A stretch of DNA of 64,000 nucleotides from an uncultured archaeon (GTDB lineage Archaea > Asgardarchaeota > Lokiarchaeia > Sigyniarchaeales > SOKP01), in assembly GCA_964486045.1 (NCBI GenBank), contig CAZALK010000001.1, positions 488,242 to 552,241 of the forward strand, given 5' to 3'. The notes under the pieces are model-generated. The model was given only the letters and a program-made list of their open reading frames with translations, was not told the DNA's origin and did not search any database. A program made the translations under genes and the position numbers. Below, in pieces: positions 50,432 to 61,949 of the stretch; position 1 is the first letter of the stretch; each line of letters opens with the position of its first letter.

Positions 50432-51640
50432 TTGACTACAACAAAGGAAAAGAAAAAGAGGGAAGAGACAAAAGATGGGGAGTATCTAATTACATATACT
50501 CGACATCTGGAAAAAAGATTAAGAAATTTAGAAACTGAAAAACAACTTTTGGATGCTGAAAGACTTAGATTAGAACAAGAACTCCACAGTTTAAGAAATG
50601 AAATTGATCGGTTAAGGGAACCCCCTTTAGTTTCTGCAACTATAATTGACTTCATAGATGATAAAGGAAGAGCAATAGTAAAAAGCTCAACTGGTCCAAG
50701 CTTTGTTGTAAATGCAAGCAGAAAAGTAAAGAATGAAAAATTAACCCCAGGAATGAGGGTGGCTTTAAATCAAAGAACGTTTGCAATTATGGAAGTATTA
50801 CCTACAAAACTGGATCCTTTTGTTAAAGGGATGGAAGTAATTGATTCAATTCCAGATATCTCCTACCCTGATGTTGGAGGTTTGAAGGATCAATTACAAG
50901 AAGTTAGGGAAACTGTCGAATTACCCCTTAAAAAACCAGAACTTTTCGAAAGGATTGGTATTGAGCCTCCTAAAGGTGTTTTATTATACGGACCTCCGGG
51001 TACAGGAAAAACCCTATTAGCAAAAGCTGTTGCCCATGAAACGGAAGCTACATTTATACGGATTATTGGGTCTGAATTGGTACAAAAATTCATAGGTGAA
51101 GGAGCTCGATTAGTAAGGGAAATTTTTAATATGGCAAAAGAAAAAGCCCCAACAATATTGTTTATTGATGAATTGGATGCCATTGGCTCTCAAAGATTAA
51201 AAATCGCCACATCGGGAGATAGAGAAGTTCAGAGAACTTTAATGCAACTATTAAGTGAATTAGACGGTTTTGAAATGAGAGGAGATGTTAAAATAATTGG
51301 TGCAACAAACAGGGTTGATATATTAGATCCCGCGTTGTTAAGACCAGGAAGATTTGATAGAATGATCGAGTTTCCGATACCAAATGAAGAAGCAAGAAAA
51401 GCTATTTTTAAGATTCATACTAGAAGATTAAATGTTGAAGAAAAAATTGACATTAACAAACTAGTAAGTTTAACTGAAGGTGCGACTGGAGCGGATATAA
51501 AAGCAATCGCCACTGAAGCGGGTATGTTTGCAATTAGAAAAGAGGCAGAGAAAATAATTAGTAAAGATTTCATTGATGCTATTGATAAAGTTATGAAAAA
51601 AGTTAGAGACCAATGTGTTGATTCACGACTATACTCATAA
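50432..51640 (+). CDS. pan: Proteasome-activating nucleotidase
   Basis: N-terminal coiled coil and OB fold, [23 protein letters not shown]; C-terminal HbYX (LYS). Confidence 0.96.
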   Translation: MTTTKEKKKREETKDGEYLITYTRHLEKRLRNLETEKQLLDAERLRLEQELHSLRNEIDRLREPPLVSATIIDFIDDKGRAIVKSSTGPSFVVNASRKVKNEKLTPGMRVALNQRTFAIMEVLPTKLDPFVKGMEVIDSIPDISYPDVGGLKDQLQEVRETVELPLKKPELFERIGIEPPKGVLLYGPPGTGKTLLAKAVAHETEATFIRIIGSELVQKFIGEGARLVREIFNMAKEKAPTILFIDELDAIGSQRLKIATSGDREVQRTLMQLLSELDGFEMRGDVKIIGATNRVDILDPALLRPGRFDRMIEFPIPNEEARKAIFKIHTRRLNVEEKIDINKLVSLTEGATGADIKAIATEAGMFAIRKEAEKIISKDFIDAIDKVMKKVRDQCVDSRLYS

Positions 51641-51701
51641 TAATTAGAGATTAAAACTTATTTATACTTTTATTACTTCTTTTAATTTTAATAATTTTTA
51701 G

Positions 51702-52205
51702 TTGCTATCACTAATGGAAAACAAACTTTTACTAGGCTTAAGACAAGCTAAAGCGATTACAGATTATCAATTTGGACAAGATATTACAAATTTACTCTTT
51801 AAAAATATAGAAAAAATCCTTATTAAGAGATCCCCTGCTACTCAAAAAATGCGATATATTTTTTTAGAAAATAATTTAATACTTACACTACGACCTAATA
51901 ATGGTTTCTTTACGTTAAGTATGCATTCGGCTCATATTATTATAAAAAATATAGCACCACCAAAGTTGAGAGTTATTGTTTTAAATGAGATTTCAGAGTT
52001 TATCAAAAAAGGTAGGAATGTTTTCTGTAAACACGTAATTGATGTTGATAGGAACTTAAGACCCTTAGATGAAGTTATTGTAGTTAATCAAGACGATGAA
52101 ATATTAGCTATTGGGCGGTTGAAATTGCCAATAACTTATATCATTTCATTTTCAAGAGGAGTTGCAGTAAAAGTTCGGAAAGGAGTTAATAAATTAAAAA
52201 TTTAA
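51702..52205 (+). CDS. PUA-domain RNA-binding protein (archaeosine TGT C-terminus-like)
   Basis: DYQFG, GRNVFCKHV, RGVAVKVR. Confidence 0.8.
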   Translation: MLSLMENKLLLGLRQAKAITDYQFGQDITNLLFKNIEKILIKRSPATQKMRYIFLENNLILTLRPNNGFFTLSMHSAHIIIKNIAPPKLRVIVLNEISEFIKKGRNVFCKHVIDVDRNLRPLDEVIVVNQDDEILAIGRLKLPITYIISFSRGVAVKVRKGVNKLKI

Positions 52206-52247
52206 ATTGCAATTAATTATATATTTATATAATAAATACTCTCGAAA

Positions 52248-52739
52248 GTGAAAATCTTGGTAAAGTTACCAAAAGAAATGCAAGATAAAGTGAAAAGTAA
52301 ACCTAAACGCTCTCAAACTGTCAAAAAAAGAGAAGGTGCTCAATTCGGATCAAGGCAGATGAGGAGAAGAATGCAACAACAAGGTGTTGAGATGGACCAA
52401 ATTGAGGCAACTAGAGTTATAATCGAAGGAACAGAGAAAACTTTGGTACTAGAACAACCCGAAGTTATCCTCATGAAACAAGCAGGTCAGGAGATATATC
52501 AAGTAATAGGACAAGCAGAAGAACATAATTCAGATGCTATAACCATCATGTCTGATCATGAATCTGAAGGTGGAGATGTATTAGAATCTACAGAAATTAA
52601 ACCTACTATAACTGAGAATGATATTATGTTAGTTGCCACTCAAGCAAATGTAGATAAAAAAGAAGCGGAAGTTATACTAAATGAATGTAATGGAGATATT
52701 GCGAAAGCAATATTATTTTTAAAAAATAGAATAAAATAA
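52248..52739 (+). CDS. nac: Nascent polypeptide-associated complex protein
   Basis: RQMRRRMQQQGVEM, VII, YQVIG; UBA-like DIMLVA.QA...GDIAKAIL. Confidence 0.9.
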   Translation: MKILVKLPKEMQDKVKSKPKRSQTVKKREGAQFGSRQMRRRMQQQGVEMDQIEATRVIIEGTEKTLVLEQPEVILMKQAGQEIYQVIGQAEEHNSDAITIMSDHESEGGDVLESTEIKPTITENDIMLVATQANVDKKEAEVILNECNGDIAKAILFLKNRIK

Positions 52740-52824
52740 AGTCACTTCTTCTGGATCAAGAAATAATAAAAAATAAGAATCATCAAATTTTTAATATTAA
52801 AAAAGAAGACTAATTGATTAAGAA

Positions 52825-53178
52825 ATGTCAAAAGTTAGAAGAAAACAGATCACCCGTAAGAGGGTAATTTCGGAATTAGATATCAAATTTGAAAAAATAA
52901 TCCAATTTTCCGGTTGGATGTTTTTATTGGCCCTGGGAGCTTTTATGGGTGTATGGGTACTCCTTGACGACATTTTAAGTATTTTAAACTTAAGTTTAGA
53001 TGAGATGACTTTTAGCTTCATCATTTTTACTGGCACAAATTCAGCCGTTAGCTTTGGAATAGCTTCAAAAATAAAAGGAGACCCAGATAAAAAAAGAAGT
53101 TATTTTCTTGATTGGTTATTGGGGGAATTTCTTCTGTGTATGTTCGCTATCTTCGCAGTTGCAGCTTATCAATGGTGA
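52825..53178 (+). CDS. Membrane protein (three transmembrane helices)
   Basis: Three hydrophobic segments. Confidence 0.7.
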   Translation: MSKVRRKQITRKRVISELDIKFEKIIQFSGWMFLLALGAFMGVWVLLDDILSILNLSLDEMTFSFIIFTGTNSAVSFGIASKIKGDPDKKRSYFLDWLLGEFLLCMFAIFAVAAYQW

Positions 53179-53227
53179 AATTTGATTTCTTATTCCATCT
53201 ATTAAAATTTATTAATAATTGTTCAAA

Positions 53228-53581
53228 TTATTTATAGTCTTCTCTTGAAGGGTTAAATACATCGATTACTTCAGAGTTTTCCAGCACCAACGCACCATGT
53301 TTTTCATTTGAATCGAAAAAATAACTATCCCCCTCTGAAGCAATAAATTCATAATTTTCGGTAATGAATTTTAGTTTACCTTTAATGATATAGCCGATTT
53401 GGGATTCATTATGATTATGTAAAGGAATCTCTGCATTTTCTTCAAGATCAAAATGACACAACATAAGGTTGTTATCATATGTTAATGTTTTTCGATAAAC
53501 TCCTTCAAAGACTTTGATGGATTGAACATCTTCTTTATTCTTGACATTTGTGGGCATAATAAATTTACTCAAAGAATTCAA
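53228..53581 (-). CDS. Cupin domain protein
   Basis: PLHNH.ESQ.GY..KG, GDSY....EKHG, DVFNP.REDY. Confidence 0.88.
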   Translation of the reverse strand: MNSLSKFIMPTNVKNKEDVQSIKVFEGVYRKTLTYDNNLMLCHFDLEENAEIPLHNHNESQIGYIIKGKLKFITENYEFIASEGDSYFFDSNEKHGALVLENSEVIDVFNPSREDYK

Positions 53582-53984
53582 ATTGATAAATTTTTTGTTT
53601 AAATGTCGATATACCTATATTTTTTTAGATTGATTATTAATTAACTCAATAAAAAACCCTAGTGTCTACGACAAAATTTGTTAATGTTGGTAATAAATGA
53701 AATCAAAAATTAGAAATCAACCAGACTCTGAATAATTATGTAATTTTCTCTAACTTAAGTAAACAGAAAAGGAGAATGTAAATAATTGGTTAATAAAATA
53801 AGTTTAAATTGGAAAAACAAATAAATTTTTATATCAAAAGAGGTAAATTTATTAACGATAATAAAGAATTAATAATTCTCTTAATTCTACTCATAATCCC
53901 GACATAAAATTGGATTTTAAAATATCGTAAATCGTAGTAGTTTATTGTTAATGTTTATCAAAAATTGAAAAGAGATGGTTAATA

Positions 53985-56120
53985 GTGGTATTGGGAACAG
54001 ATCCAAAAATGTTAAATGAAAAAGAAAATAAAAAAATTAGGCGAAAATATTTAACAAAATTATTACCTCAAGTTTTTAGAACTGAAGGTGATGTTGTAGC
54101 TTTTGACACAGCTAAAATCGAACAGAGTCTTATGAGAGAGACGGATTTAGATCAAAGGACTGCTGATAGAATAACTGAGCTTGTAGTTAGGAGAATCATT
54201 TCATCCGGAATAAAATTTTTATCTGGACCTCATATTAGAGAAATTGTTTGTTCAATTTTGTCAGAACAACACTACGTAGAGGAACGGAAGATATATACTA
54301 GAATAGGTATGCCGTTAATGGATTATGAAGAAATTTTGGAATACGGAGTTGATGAAAACGCAAATCAAGATATGAATCCGGAAAGTATCCATCATTGGGC
54401 TGCAAATAGGATATCAGACGAATATGCGTTATTAAGAATTTTAGACTCAGAAGAAGCTCATGCTCATTTATTTGGCGATATTCATATCCATATGCTCCGT
54501 TATTTTGATTTACGCCCATTTTGTCAAGAATGGGACCCACGGATGATTCTTCAACATGGTTTACCACCGGTAGAAAGTTGGGCTCATTGTAATAAATCAG
54601 GTCCAGCCGGTAGCTTACGAGTTGCTGTAACACACTTAGCCAAATGGCTAGGGATTATCCAAGGTGAATTCAGTGGAGGGCAAGGTTATGATTATATAAC
54701 CACATTTTTAGCTCCATATGCACATGGTATTTCCAAGAGAGAAATAGAGCAATCTATGCAATGTTTAATATTTGAAACTAATCAAATTTTCGCTGCAAGA
54801 GGTGGACAAGTGCCTTTTACTTCAATTTCCTGCACCCCAACCGTACCTGAGGGATTATTAAATATTCCAGCAGTTGGGCCTAAGGGAAAGGTTGTCGGGA
54901 AATATCGGGATTATCTAGATGAATGTCTCGAACTTTTTGATGCCTTAACTGATGTATATATCAAAGGTGATCATAATGGGAAGCTCTTTGCATTCCCGAA
55001 ACATGAAATAAAGATGAAAAAAGAATGGATTCAAGAATTTGAACCATCCTATTTAAAAGTTATGGAAGAATCAGCCACAATGGGAACGCCATATTTTCTT
55101 AATATGTGTCCCGAATGGATGCCAGATGAGATTCATAGTCAATGTTGTAGAAAGTTTTTAAGTGGAAATCAAATAATTGAGCAGTGTAACCTAGATCCAG
55201 AGAAGAGGAAGAATGTCAATATATGGGAAAACTACGTAACAATTGGTTCATTACAATCCGTAAGCCTAAATCTACCTAGGTATGCTTACCTATCTGAAAA
55301 TGAAGAGGATTATTTTACCTTGTTAGATAATAAAATGGAGCTTTCTGCCAGAATTTTAAGAAAAAAATGGAATTTAATAGAAAAACGGTTAAAAACAGGT
55401 CATTTACCCTTATGTAGTGGAAAAATTAATGGTAGACCAATTTTTAATATCAATAATCAAAATCTTTCAATTGGTTTTACTGGGTTAAATGAAGCTGTAA
55501 AAAGTTTAACTGGGTATGAATTACATGAAGATCATACCTCATTTGAACTTGGAAAAAGAATTTTAACGTACTTGGTTGCAAAATGCAATACTATGACAGA
55601 AAGAGATAAGAAATATTATTCACTATGGGAACAACCCTCAGAATCCACAGCCAATCGTTTAGCTAAATTGGATTTAAAACATTTTCCAACAAAAGCTATT
55701 CCTCAATCATATGGTGATTCTGCATATTATACTAATTCAGATCATTTTAGATATGATGCAGATATATCTTTATCAGAGAGAATTAAAAAACAGGGAGAAT
55801 TCCACCCGATAGTTAACGGTGGAGTTATTACTCACATTTGGTTGGGTGAACAAAAGCCGGATATATACGGTTTATGGGAGTTGACAAAAAATATCTGCTT
55901 AAATACTAATACTGCTTATTTTGCGTATACTTCTGATTTTATTTATTGTCCTTCGTGTAGAAAAATGATTAGAGGTGCCCAATTTCATTGTCCAAGATGT
56001 TATTCTAAAGATGTAAAAGTATATTCAAGAGTGACAGGTTATTATAGTGAAGTAAATAGATATAATCCGGGTAAAAAGGCAGAATGGGTAGCCCGTAGAC
56101 GAGAATCCCTTTTTCACTAG
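53985..56120 (+). CDS. nrdD: Class III (anaerobic) ribonucleoside-triphosphate reductase with ATP cone
   Basis: N-terminal ATP cone, HLFGDIHIH, SGGQG, QCCR, YYTNS, CxxC..CxxC, glycyl-radical YSRVTGY. Confidence 0.93.
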   Translation: MVLGTDPKMLNEKENKKIRRKYLTKLLPQVFRTEGDVVAFDTAKIEQSLMRETDLDQRTADRITELVVRRIISSGIKFLSGPHIREIVCSILSEQHYVEERKIYTRIGMPLMDYEEILEYGVDENANQDMNPESIHHWAANRISDEYALLRILDSEEAHAHLFGDIHIHMLRYFDLRPFCQEWDPRMILQHGLPPVESWAHCNKSGPAGSLRVAVTHLAKWLGIIQGEFSGGQGYDYITTFLAPYAHGISKREIEQSMQCLIFETNQIFAARGGQVPFTSISCTPTVPEGLLNIPAVGPKGKVVGKYRDYLDECLELFDALTDVYIKGDHNGKLFAFPKHEIKMKKEWIQEFEPSYLKVMEESATMGTPYFLNMCPEWMPDEIHSQCCRKFLSGNQIIEQCNLDPEKRKNVNIWENYVTIGSLQSVSLNLPRYAYLSENEEDYFTLLDNKMELSARILRKKWNLIEKRLKTGHLPLCSGKINGRPIFNINNQNLSIGFTGLNEAVKSLTGYELHEDHTSFELGKRILTYLVAKCNTMTERDKKYYSLWEQPSESTANRLAKLDLKHFPTKAIPQSYGDSAYYTNSDHFRYDADISLSERIKKQGEFHPIVNGGVITHIWLGEQKPDIYGLWELTKNICLNTNTAYFAYTSDFIYCPSCRKMIRGAQFHCPRCYSKDVKVYSRVTGYYSEVNRYNPGKKAEWVARRRESLFH

Positions 56121-56166
56121 CTTTTTATTTTCTATTCTTTAAATACAACCCAGTACTATTTCATAT

Positions 56167-56484
56167 ATGGTAAAAATGAATTCAATAATAGAAATTCAAG
56201 AAAAAGCTGATAGGTGGATCCACGAGCATGGTGGATATTGGTCACCTTTATCAATGGTTTGTGCTGTTATGGAAGAATTAGGGGAGGTTGCCAGAGAGAT
56301 TAATTCACTTGAAGGGTACAAACCTAAAAAATCTGGGAAATTTAATTCAAATTTAGGGGAAGAATTAGCGGATCTTCTCTTTTCTATAATTTGCATCGCA
56401 AATCATTATAAGATAGATTTAGGAGAAGAGATAAGTAAAATTTTTGATAAATATTCTTATAGAGATTCAATCCGATTTTGTTAA
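56167..56484 (+). CDS. MazG-like nucleotide pyrophosphohydrolase
   Basis: GYWSP, EELGEVAREIN, EELADLLF. Confidence 0.88.
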   Translation: MVKMNSIIEIQEKADRWIHEHGGYWSPLSMVCAVMEELGEVAREINSLEGYKPKKSGKFNSNLGEELADLLFSIICIANHYKIDLGEEISKIFDKYSYRDSIRFC

Positions 56485-56667
56485 TTTAATTTATTTTTTC
56501 CTTTTCTAATATAATTCTTTTTTTCCATAGATCTAATAACGTTTCTAATGATGTTTTATGCCTTAAATAATATTATCTATGAAAAAATATATTTAGTAAT
56601 TTTTACTATTTAATATTTAGAATAAATTTATTTGGGAGTTTAATTTCATAAAGTTTGATTTTATAAT

Positions 56668-57447
56668 ATGGGGAAGGATAAAAAAGCACTAGGGATAAAA
56701 ACAACTAGATATTTTACAAAAAATTGTTCTAAATGTGGTTTCGAATATCCTAATTGGTTTACTAACTGTCCAAAATGCGGAACAGCTTGGGATGAATTGG
56801 AGGCAAAAGCATTTACTTTAACAACTGAAACACAAAAGAAGACTATTAAAATTGTAGTAAAGATAACAGAAGAAGATTTCCATAGAGCAATTCTAAGCGT
56901 AAATTTAATTTTTAGTGCTGACCAAGGAAAATCATGGTATCAGATGGTAATGGACTCAAAAATTGCCTATTATATCGCTGAAATCGCTGAAGTCCCAGCT
57001 GGTTCAATAATTGTCTATTATATAGAGGTTCATTTAGAAAATGGAGAGAAAATAATCGAAAACAACGATAACAAGTATTTCTATTATAAAGTAGGTGTTT
57101 CAGTTGGAGAACCCGAAGAAAAACCGTCTGAACTTGAAAGAAATGAATTAAAAGGAAAAATTAAGGATAAAGAAATTAGACCTCAAACATACGCTAAAGA
57201 TCCCGCTATATCTCAAATTCCCACTCCTCACATTACTCGAAAGATGATAAAACCCTCTACAGAGGTACCTCAAGAGCCTATTAAATCTGCTACCTTGAAT
57301 AATAACCCAAAATCCTCTTCAAGCAATTTGACGATTTTTGGACAACCTCAGACTACAATTGATCCTGAATTGAAGATTTGTACTCATTGTAACTCTAAAA
57401 TTAAGAAGATGTGGAGTACGTGTCCCATATGCGGAAAAGATCTTTAA
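56668..57447 (+). CDS. Double Zn-ribbon protein with central beta-sandwich-like domain and Pro-rich linker
   Basis: CSKC..CPKC N-terminus, YYIEV..ENN..KYFYY core, CTHC..CPIC C-terminus. Confidence 0.75.
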   Translation: MGKDKKALGIKTTRYFTKNCSKCGFEYPNWFTNCPKCGTAWDELEAKAFTLTTETQKKTIKIVVKITEEDFHRAILSVNLIFSADQGKSWYQMVMDSKIAYYIAEIAEVPAGSIIVYYIEVHLENGEKIIENNDNKYFYYKVGVSVGEPEEKPSELERNELKGKIKDKEIRPQTYAKDPAISQIPTPHITRKMIKPSTEVPQEPIKSATLNNNPKSSSSNLTIFGQPQTTIDPELKICTHCNSKIKKMWSTCPICGKDL

Positions 57448-57492
57448 GTTACTGAAGAAAGATTTTAGATACTAATCATTTTTTGTAATTAT

Positions 57493-59184
57493 TTATAATT
57501 CACTTCCACATTTATTACAGAAAGCATAATCAGAAGACAACATAGCTCCACAATTTTTACAAATTATCAATTCTTTTTTATCTGATGAGGATTTTTTGCT
57601 TTTTGTTGATGATTGAATTGGAGTGAAGGAACTGGGTTTAGTATTTATATCTGCGGTGTTTGGGATTATCCTCAATTTACTTTTTTCCTGATTTTGTGTT
57701 TTTACCGTTTTACTAAATGGAACAAAGGAAGACGATTGAATTTTTTCAGTTTCATCATCTTTTTGTGCCAAGGCTTGAAAGAGAGAGGGAGTCTTCGGTG
57801 TTTCACCAAAAGAAGTAGGTTTGGGAGTTGGCTGGGAGACGGTAGCTTCAGAGGATATAGATTTTTCTTTTTTCTCTTTTTTTGGTTTCTCTTTCTTTTC
57901 TTTTTTAGCTTTTTTCATTTCCTCTATTAATTTCTGTTGTCGTTCTTTATCTTCCTGAATTTTCTTTTCTTTCTCATCCTTCTTCTTTTGTTTCTCTATT
58001 TTCTTTTTATTCTTCTTGGAATAACTTGGTTCGAGTGTATGGTCTACTGATGAATCAGATTTAGCAGGAACTCGTTGGCTAGATGTTAAGAATGGAGTAG
58101 GTACCGCATTATTCCCTTCTGAAGTATGCAATGATTGATCTATTTGAAATCCTTCTGGAGTTGGTGCAGGAACTGGGATGTTTGAAGTAAAAGGAGCAGC
58201 TTTTGGTATATAAGTTTCTTTACTAGACGATGTGAAAGGTTTGGGAGGAGATTCAATGTTCTGACTAACAAGGTCCTCAGATTCTTCTTCGGCTAATATA
58301 GCGTCGGGAGTTTTAAATTCAAATTCGGTAAATGTCTTTGGTCTTTCCTCTATTTTAGGTTCAGGTATGGGTATTTCAGGTTCAGATTCTGACTCAAAGG
58401 GAGGGTGAAGGCTTGGTTGCACGAGATTCGGCGGTTCTGGAACTGGAGGAGCAGAATAATCATATTCAGGTTCGGGTTCAAATGAATTTGATGGTTCCGG
58501 ATTCACAGTTGAAATAGGTTCTGGAACAGGTGGTGCTGAATATTCAACATCAGTTTGAATTTGAGGTGATGAATCCTCATATGTTTCAGAAGTATTAGGA
58601 GAAATCTGTCCAGGATTGAAAACAATACGATTTGATAAAAGTTGATCAGGTACCCCAGATCCTATCATTAAACAAGCAAGAATATAAAAGCAATCACCAA
58701 CCCCTTCACCTGTTTTGGCTGATGTCTCCATGTAGTATAGATTAAAATTATGGGTGAAAGTGTTTATTTCTTCTAAAGAAACTGCTCTTTGATCAATTAA
58801 ATCACTCTTATTCCCAACAAGTAATAACGGTATCTCATTTTTTACATTTGCTCTAATTTCCTCAATCCATTGAGGAAGATGTTCAAAACTTGATGAATTT
58901 GTTAAGTCAAATATTAATAATGCTCCTAACGACCCTCTATAATACATTGGCCTAATAGAGCTAAAGCGTTCTTGTCCACCTGTATCCCATATTTGTAATT
59001 TAGACCGAATAGTTCCTTCATCAGAATCTATAGAAATAGTTTTGACGTGAAAATCCACACCAATTGTCATTTTATAATCCTCTGTAAAAAAGCCCTTACT
59101 AAACCGAAGGGTTAGGGCGGTTTTTCCAACCCCTCCATCTCCTACAACGATAGATTTAAAAAGATAGTCGTATTCTTCAGCCAT
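57493..59184 (-). CDS. Rab-like GTPase with long Pro/Glu/Ser-rich tail, Lys/Glu coil and terminal Zn ribbon
   Basis: GDGGVGKT, TIGVDF, KLQIWDTGGQERF, YYRG, GNKSD, ETSAK; C-terminal CKNC..CNKC. Confidence 0.9.
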   Translation of the reverse strand: MAEEYDYLFKSIVVGDGGVGKTALTLRFSKGFFTEDYKMTIGVDFHVKTISIDSDEGTIRSKLQIWDTGGQERFSSIRPMYYRGSLGALLIFDLTNSSSFEHLPQWIEEIRANVKNEIPLLLVGNKSDLIDQRAVSLEEINTFTHNFNLYYMETSAKTGEGVGDCFYILACLMIGSGVPDQLLSNRIVFNPGQISPNTSETYEDSSPQIQTDVEYSAPPVPEPISTVNPEPSNSFEPEPEYDYSAPPVPEPPNLVQPSLHPPFESESEPEIPIPEPKIEERPKTFTEFEFKTPDAILAEEESEDLVSQNIESPPKPFTSSSKETYIPKAAPFTSNIPVPAPTPEGFQIDQSLHTSEGNNAVPTPFLTSSQRVPAKSDSSVDHTLEPSYSKKNKKKIEKQKKKDEKEKKIQEDKERQQKLIEEMKKAKKEKKEKPKKEKKEKSISSEATVSQPTPKPTSFGETPKTPSLFQALAQKDDETEKIQSSSFVPFSKTVKTQNQEKSKLRIIPNTADINTKPSSFTPIQSSTKSKKSSSDKKELIICKNCGAMLSSDYAFCNKCGSEL

Positions 59185-59604
59185 TACATGTCAACTGTTT
59201 GCGTTTCACATTAAGCTATTTCTAAAAATTTTCTAAAATGTACAAGCTTATATATATAATTACTATAAATACAAATTTATAATTTTATTTATATCTATAA
59301 AACCGTATTCCGTTATAATAATTATAATTCAATGAGTTATCGAGTAATATTATTTTTGTAATTGATGTGTCAGAGAAATAACATAGAATATGAGAAGAAA
59401 TAAAAAGAGGTTCTACTCTTTAAGAAATTCTGTATGTGATGAAATAGGAAAAACCAAAATAATTACTTGAATAATAAAATTATTGAAATGAAAGAGCGTT
59501 TCATAAATTTACAATCTGATTTCTTTTATCATTTATTATTTCTAGATAAGATTTTTTATAAAGCATTCATATATTTTTTTACATGTTTCAGAAGATGATT
59601 TAAT

Positions 59605-60633
59605 ATGGTAGAAGCGAAAGATATTGATTTTTATTCATTAGGATTTAATTTTATAGCTACGAAATCTATGTTTATTTCTGATTATAAAGATGGGAGTTGG
59701 GATGAGGGTAGATTAGTACCCTTTGGAAATTTTGAAATTTCTCCAGCAGCCTGTGTATTAAATTATGGACAAGGTATTTTTGAAGGTATGAAAGCTTTAA
59801 AAGCAAAATCGGGAGAAATTACATTATTCAGACCTGAAGAAAATGGAAAGAGGTTAAATAAAAGTGGCTCAAGGCTGTTAATGCCTCAGTATCATGTAAA
59901 TAAATTTGTCGAGGCTGTAAGAAAAGTGGTTAAGGCTAATTATGAATATATTCCACCCTATGATAGTGGGGGGGCACTATATGTTCGGCCTTTATTAATT
60001 GGGAACCAGGCAATTTTAGGGGTTGCACCTGCAGAGGAGTATAAATTTTTAATTTTTACTGTCCCCGTTGGACCTTATTTTCCTGAAGGATTCAAAGGAA
60101 TAAATTTAGAAATTTCAAAAAAATATATAAGAGCTGCACCAGGTGGTACAGGATCAGCTAAAACTTGTTGTAATTATGCAGGGACGATGTTACCTGCAAA
60201 GGAAACCAAATCACGGGGATTTGCTCAAATAATTTATTTAGATGCAATAAACAAGGAATATATTGAAGAAGTTGGAACTGCTAATTTTTTTGCGATTATA
60301 AATGATAAGCTTATAACACCCAGAAAAACGGGAACTATTTTGGAAGGAGTAACTCGAGATTCAGTAATAGAGCTTGCATCGAGAAAACTTGGAATTGAAG
60401 TTGAAGAACGAGATATAACCTATAAGGAAATATTTCAAGAAAGTTGTACTGAAGCCTTCTGCACTGGTACTGCGGCTGTTATAACACCAATCGCTTCAGT
60501 TTCTTTAGAAAATCAAAAGCGGGTTTATAATAACAGTGAACCTGGTGAACTTACCACAAAAATATATAAGTTATTAACGGGAATTCAGTATTTGGATATT
60601 GAAGATGAATTTGGGTGGGTAACTAAAATATAA
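59605..60633 (+). CDS. ilvE: Branched-chain amino acid aminotransferase
   Basis: LNYGQGIFEGMKA, YVRP, AK...NYA, EEVGTANFF, ILEGVTRDS, GTAAVITP. Confidence 0.93.
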   Translation: MVEAKDIDFYSLGFNFIATKSMFISDYKDGSWDEGRLVPFGNFEISPAACVLNYGQGIFEGMKALKAKSGEITLFRPEENGKRLNKSGSRLLMPQYHVNKFVEAVRKVVKANYEYIPPYDSGGALYVRPLLIGNQAILGVAPAEEYKFLIFTVPVGPYFPEGFKGINLEISKKYIRAAPGGTGSAKTCCNYAGTMLPAKETKSRGFAQIIYLDAINKEYIEEVGTANFFAIINDKLITPRKTGTILEGVTRDSVIELASRKLGIEVEERDITYKEIFQESCTEAFCTGTAAVITPIASVSLENQKRVYNNSEPGELTTKIYKLLTGIQYLDIEDEFGWVTKI

Positions 60634-61159
60634 TTATTTTCTTTTGTATATGGTTTGAGATATTCTCTATTAACCTATAAAAAGCTTTTTTAATATTTAG
60701 ACCGGTTTTTGATGATATTTTTAAATACCCAATCACATTTTTATTTTTCCTTCTAATTTCTGTCACATAATCATCGAAGACATTAATTTCATAAGGATCA
60801 ACTTTATCCGTTTTGGATCCTAATATTAACGTAGGTATTTCTCCATATGTATTTAATTTCTTAATCCATTCTTCAACGTTTCGAACTGTATTGAAACGTG
60901 ATAAATCAAACATTACAAATGCTGCAAGTGACCCATCTACAAAATCATATAATAACTTTTTAAATTGATTCTGACCTGCAAAATCCCATATTATAAAATT
61001 ATATTCAGATCCATTAATGTAAACATCTTTTGAAAAAAAATTTACACCTTTGGTTAAACCATTATTCACAATGAAATTATCGTTTATTAATCGGTTAAGA
61101 AATGAGGTTTTCCCTACTCCTCCATCCCCAGAGACAATGACTTTAATCGTGTGTTTCAT
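60623..61159 (-). CDS. Small Ras/Rab/Roc-like GTPase
   Basis: GDGGVGKT, TKGVNF, WDFAGQ, GSKTD, ISSK. Confidence 0.88.
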   Translation of the reverse strand: MKHTIKVIVSGDGGVGKTSFLNRLINDNFIVNNGLTKGVNFFSKDVYINGSEYNFIIWDFAGQNQFKKLLYDFVDGSLAAFVMFDLSRFNTVRNVEEWIKKLNTYGEIPTLILGSKTDKVDPYEINVFDDYVTEIRRKNKNVIGYLKISSKTGLNIKKAFYRLIENISNHIQKKIIIF

Positions 61160-61459
61160 TTTATTATATGAAATTTTGTTTTTAATTTAAAAAAGTACGA
61201 TAAATTTTGTTTTGAATTTTTCTCCTTAATCTAATAGAAATTCTATAGCCAATCTTAGCTTTTGGACCTGATTTGATGATAAAGATCCCAGAGACAGAAC
61301 GAATTGATTTCATTGATTAATTCTTAAGAGAGATAATGTAAATTGAGAAAGAGTTAAGATATTGACTAATTCATAAATTTATTTTGTTCCTCTTAATGTA
61401 ACAATTTAAGATTAGGATTCGCCTAAATAACGTGTAATATTTTAACGGCAAAAAAAACC

Positions 61460-61678
61460 ATGCCAAATTCTTTAAATATCATTAGGTTATTTCTTAAAAA
61501 GTGTGTTGGTTGTGGGACATGCGTGGAATTATGCCCAAAATCTGCTATTCCAAGCTCATTAATTGGCTTTATTTCATCACTTGCAAAAATAAATGAGAAT
61601 AAATGTGACGGTTGTGGGAAATGTGTTCAAGCTTGCCCTCACGGGGCATTAATTGTTCTCAAAAGAGATTCAATCTGA
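61460..61678 (+). CDS. 2x[4Fe-4S] ferredoxin
   Basis: CVGCGTCVELCP and CDGCGKCVQACP. Confidence 0.9.
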   Translation: MPNSLNIIRLFLKKCVGCGTCVELCPKSAIPSSLIGFISSLAKINENKCDGCGKCVQACPHGALIVLKRDSI

Positions 61679-61949
61679 GATATTATTCGATTTAGAATTC
61701 TTTCTGAGAATCTTAGCTAAAAAGTTGTTCTTAAATGTTTTTAATATTTCGGGTTCAGATATATTTGATTTTGAGATAATATTATTTATGTAATACAATA
61801 CTTTGATTAGAAAGATTTATTAAGATTAGAAACGAAAAAGTTTAGTAATTAGCCTTTAATAGAGAGATTTTTAAATTGAAAATGAACATATATTTCTGAA
61901 ATTTTTTAATTGAAAACTCATCAGCTATAAAAAGCTAATTAATTGTCAA

